NCBI GenBank assembly: GCA_965153355.1
Contig: OZ231126.1
Span: 23,002,001 to 23,066,000, forward strand
Direction: 5' to 3'
Source: Flaccisagitta enflata
Taxonomy: Eukaryota
Length of the DNA stretch: 64,000 nt
Position 1 is the first letter of the stretch. Each line of letters opens with the position of its first letter. Below, one piece after another: positions 39,769 to 53,425 of the stretch. The translations under genes were made by a program, and so were the position numbers. The notes under the pieces were generated by a model. That model was not told where the DNA came from. It did no database searches and saw only the letters and a program-made list of their open reading frames with translations.

Positions 39769-40183
39769 TAACAAGGCCAACACCTATAAGTCGCGTGCGG
39801 TACATAGATAACTTAAGATGACTTATATTGACTCAAGATGACTTTTATTGACTCAAGATTACCTAAAATGACTCAATAATACTTTTAATGACTTAAAAAG
39901 ACATAAAATGATTGAAATGACTACTTTGACCCATTTGACTTAAGTGACTTGAAATAACATAGAATGACTTAAAATGACATAGAATGACTTAGAATGACTT
40001 AGAATGACTTAGAATGACCTAGAATGACTTAGAATGACTAGAAATAATTTAAAGTATAATAAAAAACAAAGTGTGACGGACGGACCGACGGATGGACGGA
40101 CCAACGGATGGACGGACAGATGAACTGACGGACCGACGGACCGACAAAGCGGGTTGTTGAGTCGCGTACACGTGACTAAAAAA
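39769..40183. mobile_element. Family-A element carrying a 10-bp (agaatgactt)n array
   Basis: aacaaggcc...gagtcgcgtacacgtgactaaaaaa termini around 10-bp tandem repeats. Confidence 0.8.
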
Positions 40184-40761
40184 CCAAATGCACATCCAAA
40201 GCATTAATAATAACTAATCAGTTTTAGTTATGAACAGGCAATAATGCTCAGAAAAAATATTTTGGTTTACCATATATAATTTGAATTTGTGTATCTTAAT
40301 CATACATACAAATTCAGAGATTCGGTCCGTCACAAAGTTGCTTTAAAGGCTTTTCATCGCGTTGTTCATGTTTCTGAAAAGGGGAGAAGAAGCTTGGAGT
40401 AGGAAATAGCTGTTTGAAATGTCTTTTTGAAAAAAAACCGTTTGTCTGTCCGTCTGCCTGACTATTTTTGAAAGTGCCGACGCACGCGACTTAGATCTAA
40501 TGACCTTGTTGGTTAACAAACTGGAAACAACCCTCTTTCTTTTGGCCTTATTGCACTCAATGTATATCATATCAATCGCAGCAAAAGACGCTCAAATTTG
40601 CAAAAGAGTAAAGTTATTTCTTTTTCAAAGGCGCAGTTTGAGTCTTTGACTGAGTAAGAAAACGCGTCTGTATTTTCGCTTGTTCGGCATTTCGCTACAA
40701 ACTCGCGCTTGGGCCAAAAAGCGACTCAACTCAACTGGGAGAGAGGATCGAAGTGAGGGAG

Positions 40762-41237
40762 AATAGTCGCAAAAGCGTCAGATGGTCAGCGGTCCCCGCT
40801 AACCCTAAGATGATGAGGTTATGCGGTGGTGAGAGGGGCAGCGGCCCTGAAGGGGCCAATGACCTATGCTGTTGAAGATGTGTATTCTTAATGACTGTTA
40901 TTTGAGCCTTGAGGCTGGGATTTGAGCCCTGAGGTTGGGATTTGAGCCTTGAGGTTGGGATTTGAATCTTGAGGCTGGGATTTGAGCCTTGAGGCTGGGA
41001 TTTGGGCCTTGAGGCTAGGATTTGACCTTTGAGGCTAGAATTTGTGTCTTGAGGCAAGAATTGAGTACTGAGGCTGGGGTTTGAGCCAGATGGGTGGGAT
41101 ATGAGTCAGAAGGCTAGAATTTGAGCTTTAAAGCCAGGTTGGAGAAGGCGAAGAAGAAGGAGAAACAGAAAATGAGTGAAAATCTCCCATATGTGTGAAG
41201 GCAGAGGTCATCTGTCCCTTCGGGACCGCTGCCGAAA
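40762..41237 (-). mobile_element. Family-B element (second subfamily)
   Basis: aatagtcgcaaaagcgt..ggtcagcgg tail, gggcagcggccc inverted repeat, 21-bp gaggctgggatttgagcctt repeats; relatives at about 5570-5782, 19234-19812, 32712-32945. Confidence 0.7.
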
Positions 41238-41403
41238 AGGAGGGGGAGAAAGAGGAGGATGAAGAGGCGGAGGAAGAGGAGGAGGAGGAGGAGACCGGCA
41301 TAAATTGATCTTTTATTACCCTTTGAGTTTAGACCGACGACGTTTATTACCACATCAGAATGATTGTCCAAAGTCTGTCCATTCTCTATTTGACTGTCTT
41401 ACT

Positions 41404-41508
<105 letters not shown>

Positions 41509-41538
41509 CATGGTCTAAGCTTTATTTTTAGAGAGCCT

Positions 41539-41610
<72 letters not shown>

Positions 41611-41714
41611 GAGGGAGAGATGAGATGTCAGCTCGGTCTAGACGACCCTTGCCTCTGACTCTTTGTGTTGCCACGCAGCATCTTTTATTCAACCTCAGCG
41701 TCCTTCAGAACCAC

Positions 41715-41998
41715 CAAAGACAAGTGCCAAGGACAATCGCCAAAGATGATCGCCAAAGACAATTGCCAAAGACAGTCACCAGAACCAGTCGCTGAGGCAA
41801 ATCGTCAAAGGGAATTACCAGGGGCAATCGTCTAAGATAACTTTAAGGACAAGCGCTTATATACAATATAAAGGATAACCATCAACGACATTTGTCAAGG
41901 ACAATCTCCAAAGACAACCGCCAAGGACAATCGCCAAAGACAACCGCAAAGGACAACCGCCAAAGACAATCGCCAAGAACAATGGCTAAGGACAATTG
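41715..41998. repeat. 13-bp degenerate minisatellite
   Basis: caaggacaatcgc / caaagacaaccgc units. Confidence 0.8.
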
Positions 41999-42620
41999 GT
42001 TTTCGCTTAAGATTTTTATGTACGATTTATTTCACCCATCACAATTCTCGGTATTAATAGCGACACAAGACGGAGCCAATCATTAATGGGCTGCACTGCG
42101 CGGCACGGCGACAATCAGCAAGACAATCGAGTCAATCAACTTTAGTAAATTATGTTGTTTCAAAATGAAACGCAGAGGACATTCATCTTACAAACTCGAT
42201 GGAAACACTCACTGGCGTTAGTATTACCTGTCCATTGCCTATAGAGGTTCAACACAGGTTTATGTAGATAAACTAGGCCGGTCGCTTGCGGGTGGGCAAA
42301 GGCAGTAATGCGGGTGGGCGGGGGCCGTAATGCTCCAAAATAATCATTCCCGCATGCAAATTCTGCGTTATCTTGCGTTATTCTGCGGCTAAAAAATAAA
42401 AATTGTGAAAAAAGAAAAAACAACAACAACAACGAGAAACCATGAATTACGCCGCCGTGTAGTACACACCGAACTAATGGACGAGCATATATTGAGAGCG
42501 TGAGATGAACTAAGAATTGAGTAAGACGCATTTTTGCAGGGGGGACATAAAAATCGACGCCGAGTAAAGATTCCGATTCTCTGAGGTGATTTTCAGTATG
42601 AAAAGGGAAGGGGAACTTAG

Positions 42621-43095
42621 GGTGTGTTTCTGCTAATGTCTATGTCTCTAACTCTTTGTCTCATGAGCCTTTGGGTGTGTTTCTACTAATTTCTATGTCT
42701 CTATCTTTGTCTCATGAGCCTTTGGGTGTGTTTCTGCTAATGTCTATGTCTGACTCTTTGTCTCATGAGCCTTTGGGTGTGTTTCTGCTAATATCTATGA
42801 CGCTATCTTTGTCTCATGAACCTTTGGGAGTGTTTCTACTAATTTCTATGTCTCTATCTTTGTCTCATGAGCCTTTGGGTGTGTTTCTGCAAATGTCGAT
42901 GTCTAACTCTTTGTCTCATGAACCTTTGGGTGTGTTTCTGCTAATATCTATGACACTATCTTTGTCTCATGAACCTTTGGGTGAGTTTCTGCTAATATCT
43001 ATGACGCTATCTTTGTCTCATGAACCTTTGGGTGTGTATCTACTAATATCTAGTCTCTGTTATTGTCTCATGAACCTTTGGGTGTGTTTCTACTT
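42621..43095. repeat. 51-bp minisatellite (about 9 units) at the left end of a MITE-like element (to about 43357)
   Basis: gggtgtgtttctgctaat..tttgtctcatgagccttt units; downstream sequence resembles the 61913-62181 MITE body. Confidence 0.88.
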
Positions 43096-44077
43096 ATGAA
43101 GTTATCTGTGTGTCTCTTTCTGAGCCTCATTTACTATCATTTCCTGTAGCCTTTGTCTCTATCTTTACCTCTGTCCTCAACTGTCCCAATGGAGAGTATG
43201 CAAATAAAGTGAGGGAGAAGATGAATGGAGCGAGCGACCATAGTGAGCGTATCAAAGCAAAGTGAGTGAGCGAAGTGAGGGGTGCAAACGAATGAACAAC
43301 GCAAGCACCCAATTGACTCGTTTAAAACGCAGTGGTTCGTGTGTAGAAACGCGGCCTTTACTTTGGCGGCTAGAACAGTCTATACACGGCCGAGGCATCG
43401 TCGGCCAGTCGAGGAAGCGGCGGAGGCGGAGGCGGAGGCGGAAGCGGAGGCGGAGGCGGCGAAGGCGTCGTGGGCAAGACTGGTTGGGGTTTCTTGGGAG
43501 TCCGATAGTAAGTATGGAGATGCCGCCACGTACATACGGCAGCTCTCTTTTCTCTCCTGAAAATCGGAAATGGTCAAATTATCTCGCTTCACGCTTTTTC
43601 ATTAAAAGTTATAACACTCGATGAACTAAAGTAATTATAGCGACATAATGACATTTTCTTGACATGTTTGTTCATGACATGTTTTCACAGAAAATCGTGT
43701 TCAAAACAAGTCTATGGAAAACATAGGGCGGAGAAATCTAGAGTCGGGAAAACAATGTTATTATGGATGGGAAAACATTTTAAGTCGTGGACACGCGACT
43801 CTAGAATTTGCCGTGCCAGTAGGTCCGTCAATTCATCCGTCCGCGACTAGGGGTGTATACGAATATACGCCCTTGTTTCTTGTTGTAAAATCTTAATTGC
43901 TACTAAGAAAGGAGGTGTTGGACAAGAGGAGATGGTTATGAGTAGTGATCAAGATAATGTTCTAACAGATGGCCTTCGACAAGTCAAAGATAAAGAGAAA
44001 AAAGAAAGAAAAAAAGGATCAGGGGTAAAATGGAGATGAAGCGTCCACGTCTGGTAAACCCCCAAATACACACCTGC

Positions 44078-44187
<110 letters not shown>

Positions 44188-45051
44188 CCCCATACACGCC
44201 GCATTCATCTCTCATTTCGGGTTACCATTCCTTCGACTGCATCCTGAGCTGACCAACGGATTGGCCGACCGTCAGACTTACTGACGTCCAACTCCTAAGT
44301 TCTATGCGGAAACCTATCTCATACCCCGAAGTAAGCAAGGCAGACGACCCTCGGCGTCTTGCCTACTATTTCTTCATTTTTTTCCCTTGCTAACACTTGG
44401 TTTCCAGCGTTTTTTTTTACTCTGTTTCTCGGTCTCTTGGTTCTTTCATTATTTTTGCATCGGAATTGGCTCTCAGCGAAATCCTATCTCCAATTCCATT
44501 ACTGATTCATCTACGGCTTTCCTAGTACAAGCGCGATGGTCGAAGAAGGTGATTGACGATTCGAGATTTTTATAGTATGTTGCCTAGGCCGAGTCAATCA
44601 GGAATCTTTATTTGATCTTAATTTCCAACACTGTATGCTGTGTGCATTGTATGCTTGTAAATTGTGTCCGTTATTGTTTATTATTCTGTTTATTGGTGGA
44701 TATGATATAGCATCACACGCAGTTGTTTTGCACTTGTAATTTCTAATGGCCTAAACGAAATTGCCCAGTCTCTTCGTCCGATTTCTTTCTTTTTAGTCGC
44801 GTGCTACGCAACTCTATAAGCCACTTTTCGGTCGGTCGGTCGCTCCGTCGGTCCGTCGGTCCGTTCGTCCGTCACAAAATTTTTTTAAAGGGTTTTCAAA
44901 GTGTTTGAATGTCTCTGAATGGTAGATAAGAATCTTTGTGGGCTGAACAGCCATTTCAAATGTCTATTTGAAAAAAAATTGTTTGTCAGTCTGTCTGCCT
45001 GACTTTTTTTGAAAGTGCCGACGCACGCGACTTAGGTCTAATGACCTTGTT

Positions 45052-45197
<146 letters not shown>

Positions 45198-45610
45198 TTC
45201 TCATTCTCTCCCCAACCATCCCTCTCGTCTCACAAAGCATGAAGACGCCAGTTGCGCTATAAGAATGATGGTGATAAGCCGTGAAGAAATGGCCTCCAAT
45301 GATCATTATTTCTTGCCCTTGGTTTATCGTTTCCAATGTATGAATGGTCTCTAACACGGACACTGAGCGTTGCTTTAAGGGCGTTATGTGCCGATTATCA
45401 CGATGTAGTGGCTCATAAAGTCTATCAAGTGCACCGTTTATGTGTGTTATGGCGCTGTTCGAGACTCGGCATTTGCTCAAAAGTGTTTATCATTTGCGTG
45501 GTTGCAAACCCGTTTATCGGTCTGAAATAGATCTATGTAGTGGTTCAAGCGAAAGAAAAACACGTCGTAGATATAGATATTGCCAGTAAAGTTGATGTCC
45601 ATGTTGCTGC

Positions 45611-45647
<37 letters not shown>

Positions 45648-45649
45648 GC

Positions 45650-45737
<88 letters not shown>

Positions 45738-45992
45738 CTTCGTCTATTTCTTCTTTTTTTTTTCCTTTTTCTTTTTTCTTTATTTTTATCTTCTTTATTT
45801 TTATCTTTTTCTCTTTCCTTTTTCTTTTTCTTTTTCTTTTTCTTTTTCTTTTTCTTTACCTTTTTTCTTTTTGTTTTTCCTCTTTTTCTTCTCCGTCTTC
45901 TTCTTTTTCTTTTTCTCACTTTCTACTTTAACAGCGGCTGCTACTTTCTCCTCCATTTCTCCGTTTGTTTGTACGTCTCTCTAACTGTTCCC

Positions 45993-46147
<155 letters not shown>

Positions 46148-48056
46148 GCTTTCTCCTTGAGGTGCCGGCCAAAAAGTCAACTTGGTCGACGTTTCCATGG
46201 AAATTTACTTCCAGTTCCACGTAAAAGTCGACGTTAAAAGATCAAAGGGTGAGACTCACGCTGGAGGGTAAGTGCCTTTGCGTGTTGCTGAGGCGGGTGA
46301 GACACAATTCGGAGGGTAAGTGCGTTTTCGTGTCATGATGGCGCGGCGGCTATTGGGTGAAACGTGTACATGCGGCAAGGAACACAAACGGAAAAGGAGG
46401 GGTGCAGGAGCGGGGTTAGATGAACGTTGTTGCGGAAATTAAAGATGTACTAGATTTCATGTATTTCATGTATATACGCCTATTGTCCCATGAACAAATG
46501 AACAAATAAACACTCCTGTGCATTAAATGATGAGCATTAGCGAAATTGTTAATCGTTAAGAAAAAGACAGCACCTCTTTTTTGAAGTTTAAGTTCAATGT
46601 GAAACATAAATCAATTACAATACAAATTATGATTGTAAGATATTTTCATTTTCAAACAATGACTGGAGTTTATTATAGCCGGGGATAAAAAAATGAGGTA
46701 AGATATCTTTTGTTGGCTCAATAGACTCAAGCAGATGCAGAGGCGCTCCACTACATCTAAATACCACCTAAAATGCAGGTCGAACCTACCGTCCATTGAC
46801 ATATCCACCTATGACTAATTACGCACATCAGTGATCAGTCATATCTAGTCTTTATAGTTTATACTGAATAGTTGGTAAGACGAGTCTAAAAGATGAAACT
46901 GCGTCATTTCGACGTTGAAAACGCGTCACAACCGGAAATGATATCGCAGACATCATAGACGAGATAACAGCCCAGAAATGGCATGTTTAGTGCTTCTCGG
47001 CGATGAAAAACGCGCCTTCATTTCCTCTTTCCACCAGAAAAATGATCGTAGAAAGCAGCTGGAATTGGAATAAACAACCCACAAATGTTGATCATTTTCC
47101 ACCTCAAAATGCGACTACGTACTTCCTGTCTTTCTTTTTTTTTTCTTTTTTTTGAGGGAGGGCGTAGGGGAGGGGTAAGAAGCGAGGCTTCATCAGCGCT
47201 CCGACAACATCTTTGGGATAGAGGTGGATTAGAATAGTATAGCGATATTTTTCTGCTATGTTTATTTTTGCTTGGGTATCCTAGCTGTAGATGAAAATTG
47301 TTGATAACAGAAGTTTAAGATAATAACAAAAAGTGCAATTTAACGAAATGTGCTGCAAGCAAAAGTCGCTCATCGCGTTAAAAGCAAAAGTTGCGAGCAA
47401 AATTTGCAAAAAAATGCTCGCGCAATTTCTGAAGCCACGTGTCACATGAAGTCATGCCCCGCAGAAACTCGCCGTATTGTTTGACTGCAACGCGTTTTGT
47501 TTGGATGAAAATTGCCCTCTCCGAGACTTTGGCTTTGTTTGGGCAATGGTCAGCGAGTGGTAGTGCCTCACTCAAGTTGACACGGCTTTTACCCGCCACC
47601 TTGACTCTTTGGTAAGTAAACCTTGAGAAACCCATAATTGAACATCTTTAGGGATAAAACAAATAAAGTCATTTTCCATATATGAAATTGTTGTAAAGCT
47701 GAACAACAACATGAGTGATTATAGCACAATATTAAACTAATAAATGTATTGATCATGTGACATATATGGAGACCGATGGACGAACAGACGGATGAAACGA
47801 CTGAGGAGGCTCTCAAAATATGTTGGTTGATCATCTGTTTCAATATAGGATCTCACCGTGGCCAAAAACAGCCGAGAAACGCGGTTTTTGCACAGGCGTA
47901 ACGGACGGACCGACAGACGGACAGACAGACGGACGGACGGACAGACCCTCTTATAGAGATGCGTTCCTGACGGACGCATCTAAAAACCAAGATTGGTCAT
48001 ATCAGGCGACATGGGTACCATTGGCTATCCATATCTTCATGCCCACGCCTTTGTTA

Positions 48057-48467
48057 CCACGCGTATCAAAAAAAAAGACGCACTTTTAAATGGTTAATTT
48101 AGCCTATAAATCTTCAAATAACTATAGAAAATCTTAGATCATTTTGAAGCCCTTTGAAAGTACTTTCATTTGGCGCCAATCTGGTATTGCTATCTTTTTT
48201 CGTTTAGAAATGGCATCAGTTTGAGTAAAATTGTTGCCTATTTCAGTTTCGCAATCCCTATGAAAAAAATGCATTTTAGCAAAATAGTGCTTCTCTTTGC
48301 AGAGCTCTAGCTCCTAAACCGTTTGAGATACAGATCTGGGATTGGTCTAGAATGAAAGATTTTTTGAAAATCTTTCAATATGACTTAACAAGAAATATCT
48401 AAAATTGTTTTTTGTATCTGTTTTATTACTAAATAATGAGGTGCGTCTTTTTTTTTGATACGCGTGG
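48057..48467. mobile_element. TA-flanked MITE
   Basis: TA|CCACGCGTATCAAAAAAAAAGACGCAC ... GTGCGTCTTTTTTTTTGATACGCGTGG|TA. Confidence 0.85.
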
Positions 48468-49648
48468 TATTACGGCTCATTCCGAGTCCAATGTTGACCA
48501 CGTTTGCCATTTTCTTCTTGTTTTGATCACGATCATCGCCATTTTATTCCTCATTCTGTCCTCCATTTTTGCGGCCAAAATGTGATTCGCCTCCGATATT
48601 TCCGATGCTGGAGGCGCCTAACATGACCTTCGATACCATTTGTGAGGGAGGGGGGGGGGAATCCGGTCGATGAATTGAAGGCCTTCTGGCGACTGTGGTT
48701 CATATGGTATTGGGTAATAGGGTGGGATGGAGAAATGGAGGAGTGAAGTTGGTAATTGGATAATAGAATCAGTAAAGTGCAGTCATAGTCGTTGGATAGT
48801 GGCATTCTGGATAAGCTGGAAATTGAGGGAGCCATCTGGTGCCTTGGCTATTTAGGTTGGAGGTTGGGACGTTGGGAAGGAACTGATTTTTGGCAGTGGG
48901 TGTGGGAGAAGACTCAGCATAGGTTCGTCGTTGAAATGGCTTTCTGGATGAGGAAATAATGAAGGAGATTTCAAAAGCGATTTGGGATAGACACTGTATG
49001 ACACACCTACAAAAACTGATAACTCTGTGAGCAGCTCTTCGATGGCAAATTTGATTTTCCTTCTGTTTCTTTTTGAAAACTTTTCACGACATGGTGGACG
49101 ATGCGCTCAAAACATACGACTGCAGGTAAAGAGAGCTAGGAGTGGCATTCGCTAATAGACTGAATCTATCAATCACTTCTTTATCATTAACTTGAGTACC
49201 TCGTAAAGCTATTACCTTATTCATCTAATGGATTGACAAAAGATAATGAGAGAGGACTCTTTAAGCCAAATGGTATGTTTGACTCTAAACCCTCATTCAT
49301 TTCTGTCATTGATCAAGCTACGAATATATATGTCGTATCTAGCTATGGTGTCACACGAGAACTAAGGCTATAAAATATAAAAAACAAAGTCTTGTTTTTC
49401 ATTTTTGTTTGAATCGATTATAATATTTGGGGGCAATTTTCTTAAACAGAATAAAAGACAATGAAATAAAAACGATGAAAACACAAACACCAGGAATAAG
49501 AGACATGGAAAAAATAATTGGCAACGAAAATAAAACGAAATAAGGCTGACATCAGGCCTCGAATGATATAAGAAGATTAACCTCGCGTATGTCCGATAGA
49601 GGGGATTTTATCTGCCTTTGACGTAGTGACTAGTCAATGTTTAAAATC

Positions 49649-49654
49649 TTTATT
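49649..49654 (-). promoter_or_regulatory. Candidate polyadenylation signal of the Hox transcript
   Basis: AATAAA on the - strand about 2.5 kb downstream of the Hox stop, within a TE-poor unique stretch. Confidence 0.3.
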
Positions 49655-52148
49655 CGTGATATACATTATCCATAATTCATTTCAGTACTCTACACATGTT
49701 GTGATGACGGAAAGGATTGATCTCTTCTCATCACAATAACTCGATTTGTTTAAAGGGTGGGAAAGGCATTTTTTTATAAGATTTCATTGTTGAAAGAACC
49801 TCGAAAAATGGTAGATCATTGTTTTAACTAGGCGCGCATGGCATCATTGATATTGTATTTGAATTCATATCAAAGAGTATATTTCAAGATATGATCACTC
49901 GTTTGAAAAATAAACTTAAGAGATTATCTACATGATATACTTACAGTTAATATGATCACAATGGAGTAGTATTAGTTGACAATTTACCGAATGACAATTT
50001 TTTGTCATTGTTTCAAACAGTAAAATATATAAAGAAGAGAGAACAATTTTTGTACCTCGGCAAGTAGGATATTTGATAAGACGACATATTTTTCATAACG
50101 CGTCTTAAACGTACAAGTATAACGAATTTTTCTTGGGGGGGGGGGGAATAAATGACAATCTTTAAAGGCTAAGGAAAACCTCGTTGACAAGTTTGGCTAA
50201 TTGAAAGAGTTTTTTTTTTTCAATCAGATTCTGCATAATTTCATCCATAATCATTAATCAAACAAAATATGGTCAAAACATCGATTCTACGATACCCTCA
50301 TCGATATCGTAATTTGGGACAGTGATAGCTCGTCCAGATACATGGGGAATAATTTGACCATCGAAAACCAACTCAAAGCAAATCTTTAAAATCATTTCAA
50401 AAATTCTGCGGCGTTCAAGTTGAGGGTCTTCTTTGCTTTGATTTAGAACCTAAACTTGACGTCTCGTAATTTTTGAACTATCGCGTCTTGAAACCTATTT
50501 CTTCTTGATTGAATGATGGACGTATTTGCGACAGATCGCTTCTCTTTCGAGAAAATAGATGAAGAGATTTCATCTCTTCAAAACTTTTCTTTGCCTTTAG
50601 GCGTTGATGAATTTTGGAAATTACAAAAGAAGGCCCTAGTATAGAAGGATTTATCTCTCTCTCTCTCTGGACCCCCACAAAGGTGATCCCCCTAAAGGTT
50701 GAAGGGTGGTCTTCACTCTTCTAGACGGGCATCAGAGCCACTTTTATAAGGAGGGTGGTCTCCTAGACCGCGGCCACCGTCATCGTAATCGCCATCGGCA
50801 TTTCAAAAGTCACCTTTCATCATTTCATCCTACACCTGAAGTCCCGATTCCCGCCTTTGGCTCCTACTCATCATCATCCAAACCCTTCTCAAACTCAAAT
50901 GATTTACACGTTTGACTTTTTGATAAAATTTATAACTTTTCCTTTCAAAATTTCTTTTTTTATAATCTTTTGTCTATTTTCCTTTTATGATTGAGTTCGA
51001 TTATGTCGCCTCCTTTTGTCCTCCTCATTTCGCTCTTTCTCTTCTTGTCCTCTTCTTTCTCCTCCTCCTCTTCCTCTTCCATACTTTTTTCCTCTTCCTT
51101 TTCCTCTACCGCGTTTATATTCGCCAGGAAATAAATGAAAAATTACCTTTTTTTTTTAAATCATCAATCTCCCACTTATTTTTCTCTTTTCTTCTTTTTT
51201 CTAGAGCATTTGTTAACCATTAAACTGCGGCCAAGAATTAGAATTCCCTTTCCCTTCTTTTGTTTAATGACAACCATTGTAAAGCGTTATGGCGGCTCAG
51301 ACTTAACGTCATAATGAGTGTCTGGTGGGAGGAAATGCTTTTTACCCTCTCCATGCGCGTGTTTCTCTGTCTTTCGGTTGGAAAAATTGTCTGTCTGTCC
51401 GTTCAGTATTTGATGAGTTCAAATCTGTTTAACCACGCAAAATAATGACTTTTTTTCTTCAACAGTTAAGAAAATTCTATCGAAGCTTTGAGTTGGTTTG
51501 AAATATATCAAATCATTATTTTTTTCTGGACGTGTGACATTTTATGACATGACTTACCTCTTATCAAGGTTTAAATGTCAACATATTTCTTGAACAAATT
51601 TACGCATTCCATTCGTAATTGGGTCAATGACCTTTTATCTATCATTTTCGTGAATAATATAAATGATGTTTCTCAAACTTTAGCTTTCATATCGTTAACA
51701 GCCCTTAATTCACCAAAATTATAGGTGGTACTCAACATTTGACCAAATATGGAAACGCGATTCGGAATTTTTTTTTCTCAATAAAACGTAGCGGCAAAAT
51801 ACAATAGGAATAAACAAAAAAATTGACTTGAGTTGCAAATATTTTCCGAAGAAAAAGGAAAAGACGGAGGAGGGAGGGATCGGGGAAGAGGAGGGGAGAG
51901 ATAAAGCGGTGAGGCTCAGGAGACAGCGGGGGCGCTTAAGGGGAGCTTGATTGAGAAAACATTTGGATATATTGGTTCTAAGGGGGAAGGGTGGGGAGAT
52001 TGGGGAGGGGAGATTTTTTGGGGAGGTATAAATTCAAGACAATGAAAATTAAGGGTTGAGGGGAAACAGAGATGTTGAAATATCATAAACGAAAGATGAA
52101 ATCGTCAAAAGAAAAAAAGTTTAGATACGTACATTAAAAGACAGTAAA

Positions 52149-52631
52149 TTACGACTGTGCCGGAGTGGCTAATAGTTGCTGATGATGTTGATGCGGGTGA
52201 TGAAGCTGTTGTTGCTGTTGCGAGTGATGGTGTGATTGCTGGTGATGATGTTGTTGCGGTTGATGATGTTGCTGGTGGTTTTGGTGCTGTTGTTGTTGGT
52301 GCTGCTGCTGCTGCTGATTTTGTTGTTGATGATGATGTCCGGCTGCTGCTACTGAAGCAGCTGCCATCGTCGCCGCGACTTTTTTAACGTCTTTCAGAAG
52401 ATCGGCTGAGGAAGAAGCTTCCAGCAGCGGCTCGTCGAGCTCATCGTCGGAAGCATCCGAAGCCGCATCTTTGTCGCCTCCTGACGAAGATGATGAAGAC
52501 GCTTTCCCACTCAACGATTTGTCGCCGCCGCTGCTGCCGCTTCCACTTCCGCTGCTGCTGCCGCTGCCGTGATGCGTCTTCTCTTTGTCTTCGCTGTTCA
52601 GTTCGTCGATCTTCTTCTTCTCTTTCTTTTC
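52149..52631 (-). CDS. Hox gene terminal coding exon (end of homeodomain, Ubd-A-like peptide, Ser/Gly, Ala and Gln/His-rich tail)
   Basis: Acceptor ttaatgcag|GAA in phase 0 completes the homeodomain (RRMK|EKKEK), followed by KKIDELNSEDK (compare Ubd-A peptide QAIKELNEQEK). TAA stop at 52149-52151. Confidence 0.9.
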   Translation of the reverse strand, partial: EKKEKKKIDELNSEDKEKTHHGSGSSSGSGSGSSGGDKSLSGKASSSSSSGGDKDAASDASDDELDEPLLEASSSADLLKDVKKVAATMAAASVAAAGHHHQQQNQQQQQHQQQQHQNHQQHHQPQQHHHQQSHHHSQQQQQLHHPHQHHQQLLATPAQS

Positions 52632-53246
52632 CTGCATTAAGGATGTAAAGTGTTCAATCTTTTATACTCCAATATATGGTCTTTTTTATCATTATCAGCT
52701 AGAGAACTGTTTTAGCTTCCTTTTGATATATCACATCAAAATTTCGATTCTTTTGATTGATACATTGATGTAGTCACTCCTAAAGAGAGACGTTCTCACT
52801 TTTTCTGTCACGTTTTCAACTGACAACTTGAATAATTTACTTCTAAAGGAGCATTTTCTGAAATATGAAACAAGATCTTGCATCGATTTCTACAGTTATA
52901 ATATACTGTTTCTTTCGGCCATGGCGTCTCAGGGCTTTATCGTTGAAAAAAATTGAAAATAGATTCTATGCTGAAAATAGATTCTATGCTTTGCTAAGAC
53001 GGGCCTAGTTTGTCCACAGAAATCTCTTCATCAGGGATCCCTCATTTCTGTAATTCGATTTTCTTGAAACAAAAATGCTACCCTAGCAATATATGACAGT
53101 TATAACTGAATGAATTTATCATGCCAAAAAATTGTTTTTTTTTTGTGATATTTGTCTCCTAGAGCGCCCTAGAAATCAGGGTCGGAAATTCTGTTGTGAC
53201 TTTTTTGCTCGCTTCTTCCCAAAAGGAGCCAGGTTTGCATATTTAC

Positions 53247-53425
53247 CTTCATGCGGCGGTTTTGGAACCAGATCTTGATCTGCCTCTCTGTCAAGCAGAG
53301 TGCGTGGGAGATCTCGATGCGGCGCCGTCGCGTCAAATATTTGTTAAAGCGATATTCCTTTTCCAACTCGAAGGTTTGATGACGAGTGTAAGTCTGACGA
53401 CGACGATGACGACCGAATTCGGCGC
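53247..53425 (-). CDS. Central Antp-class Hox gene (Hox6-8: Antp/Ubx/abd-A/Lox2/Lox4 group; Lox2-like), homeobox exon
   Basis: - strand acceptor ccttttcttatgcag| (phase 1), donor AAG|GTAAAT. Encodes (G)[59 protein letters not shown], homeodomain residues 1-55. The spliced homeodomain is 50/60 identical to the Antp sequence as I recall it. Confidence 0.95.

Noticed and set aside
43380..43510. Gly-, Arg- or Ala/Glu-rich mini-ORFs
   Set aside because: (GGCGGA)n simple repeat next to repeat-element ends; no convincing splice context or homology.
46247..46325. Two 50-bp-spaced ggtgagac..ggagggtaagtgc motifs resembling tandem splice donors or SL RNA
   Set aside because: No Sm-site-like motif or upstream exon support; likely a short local duplication.
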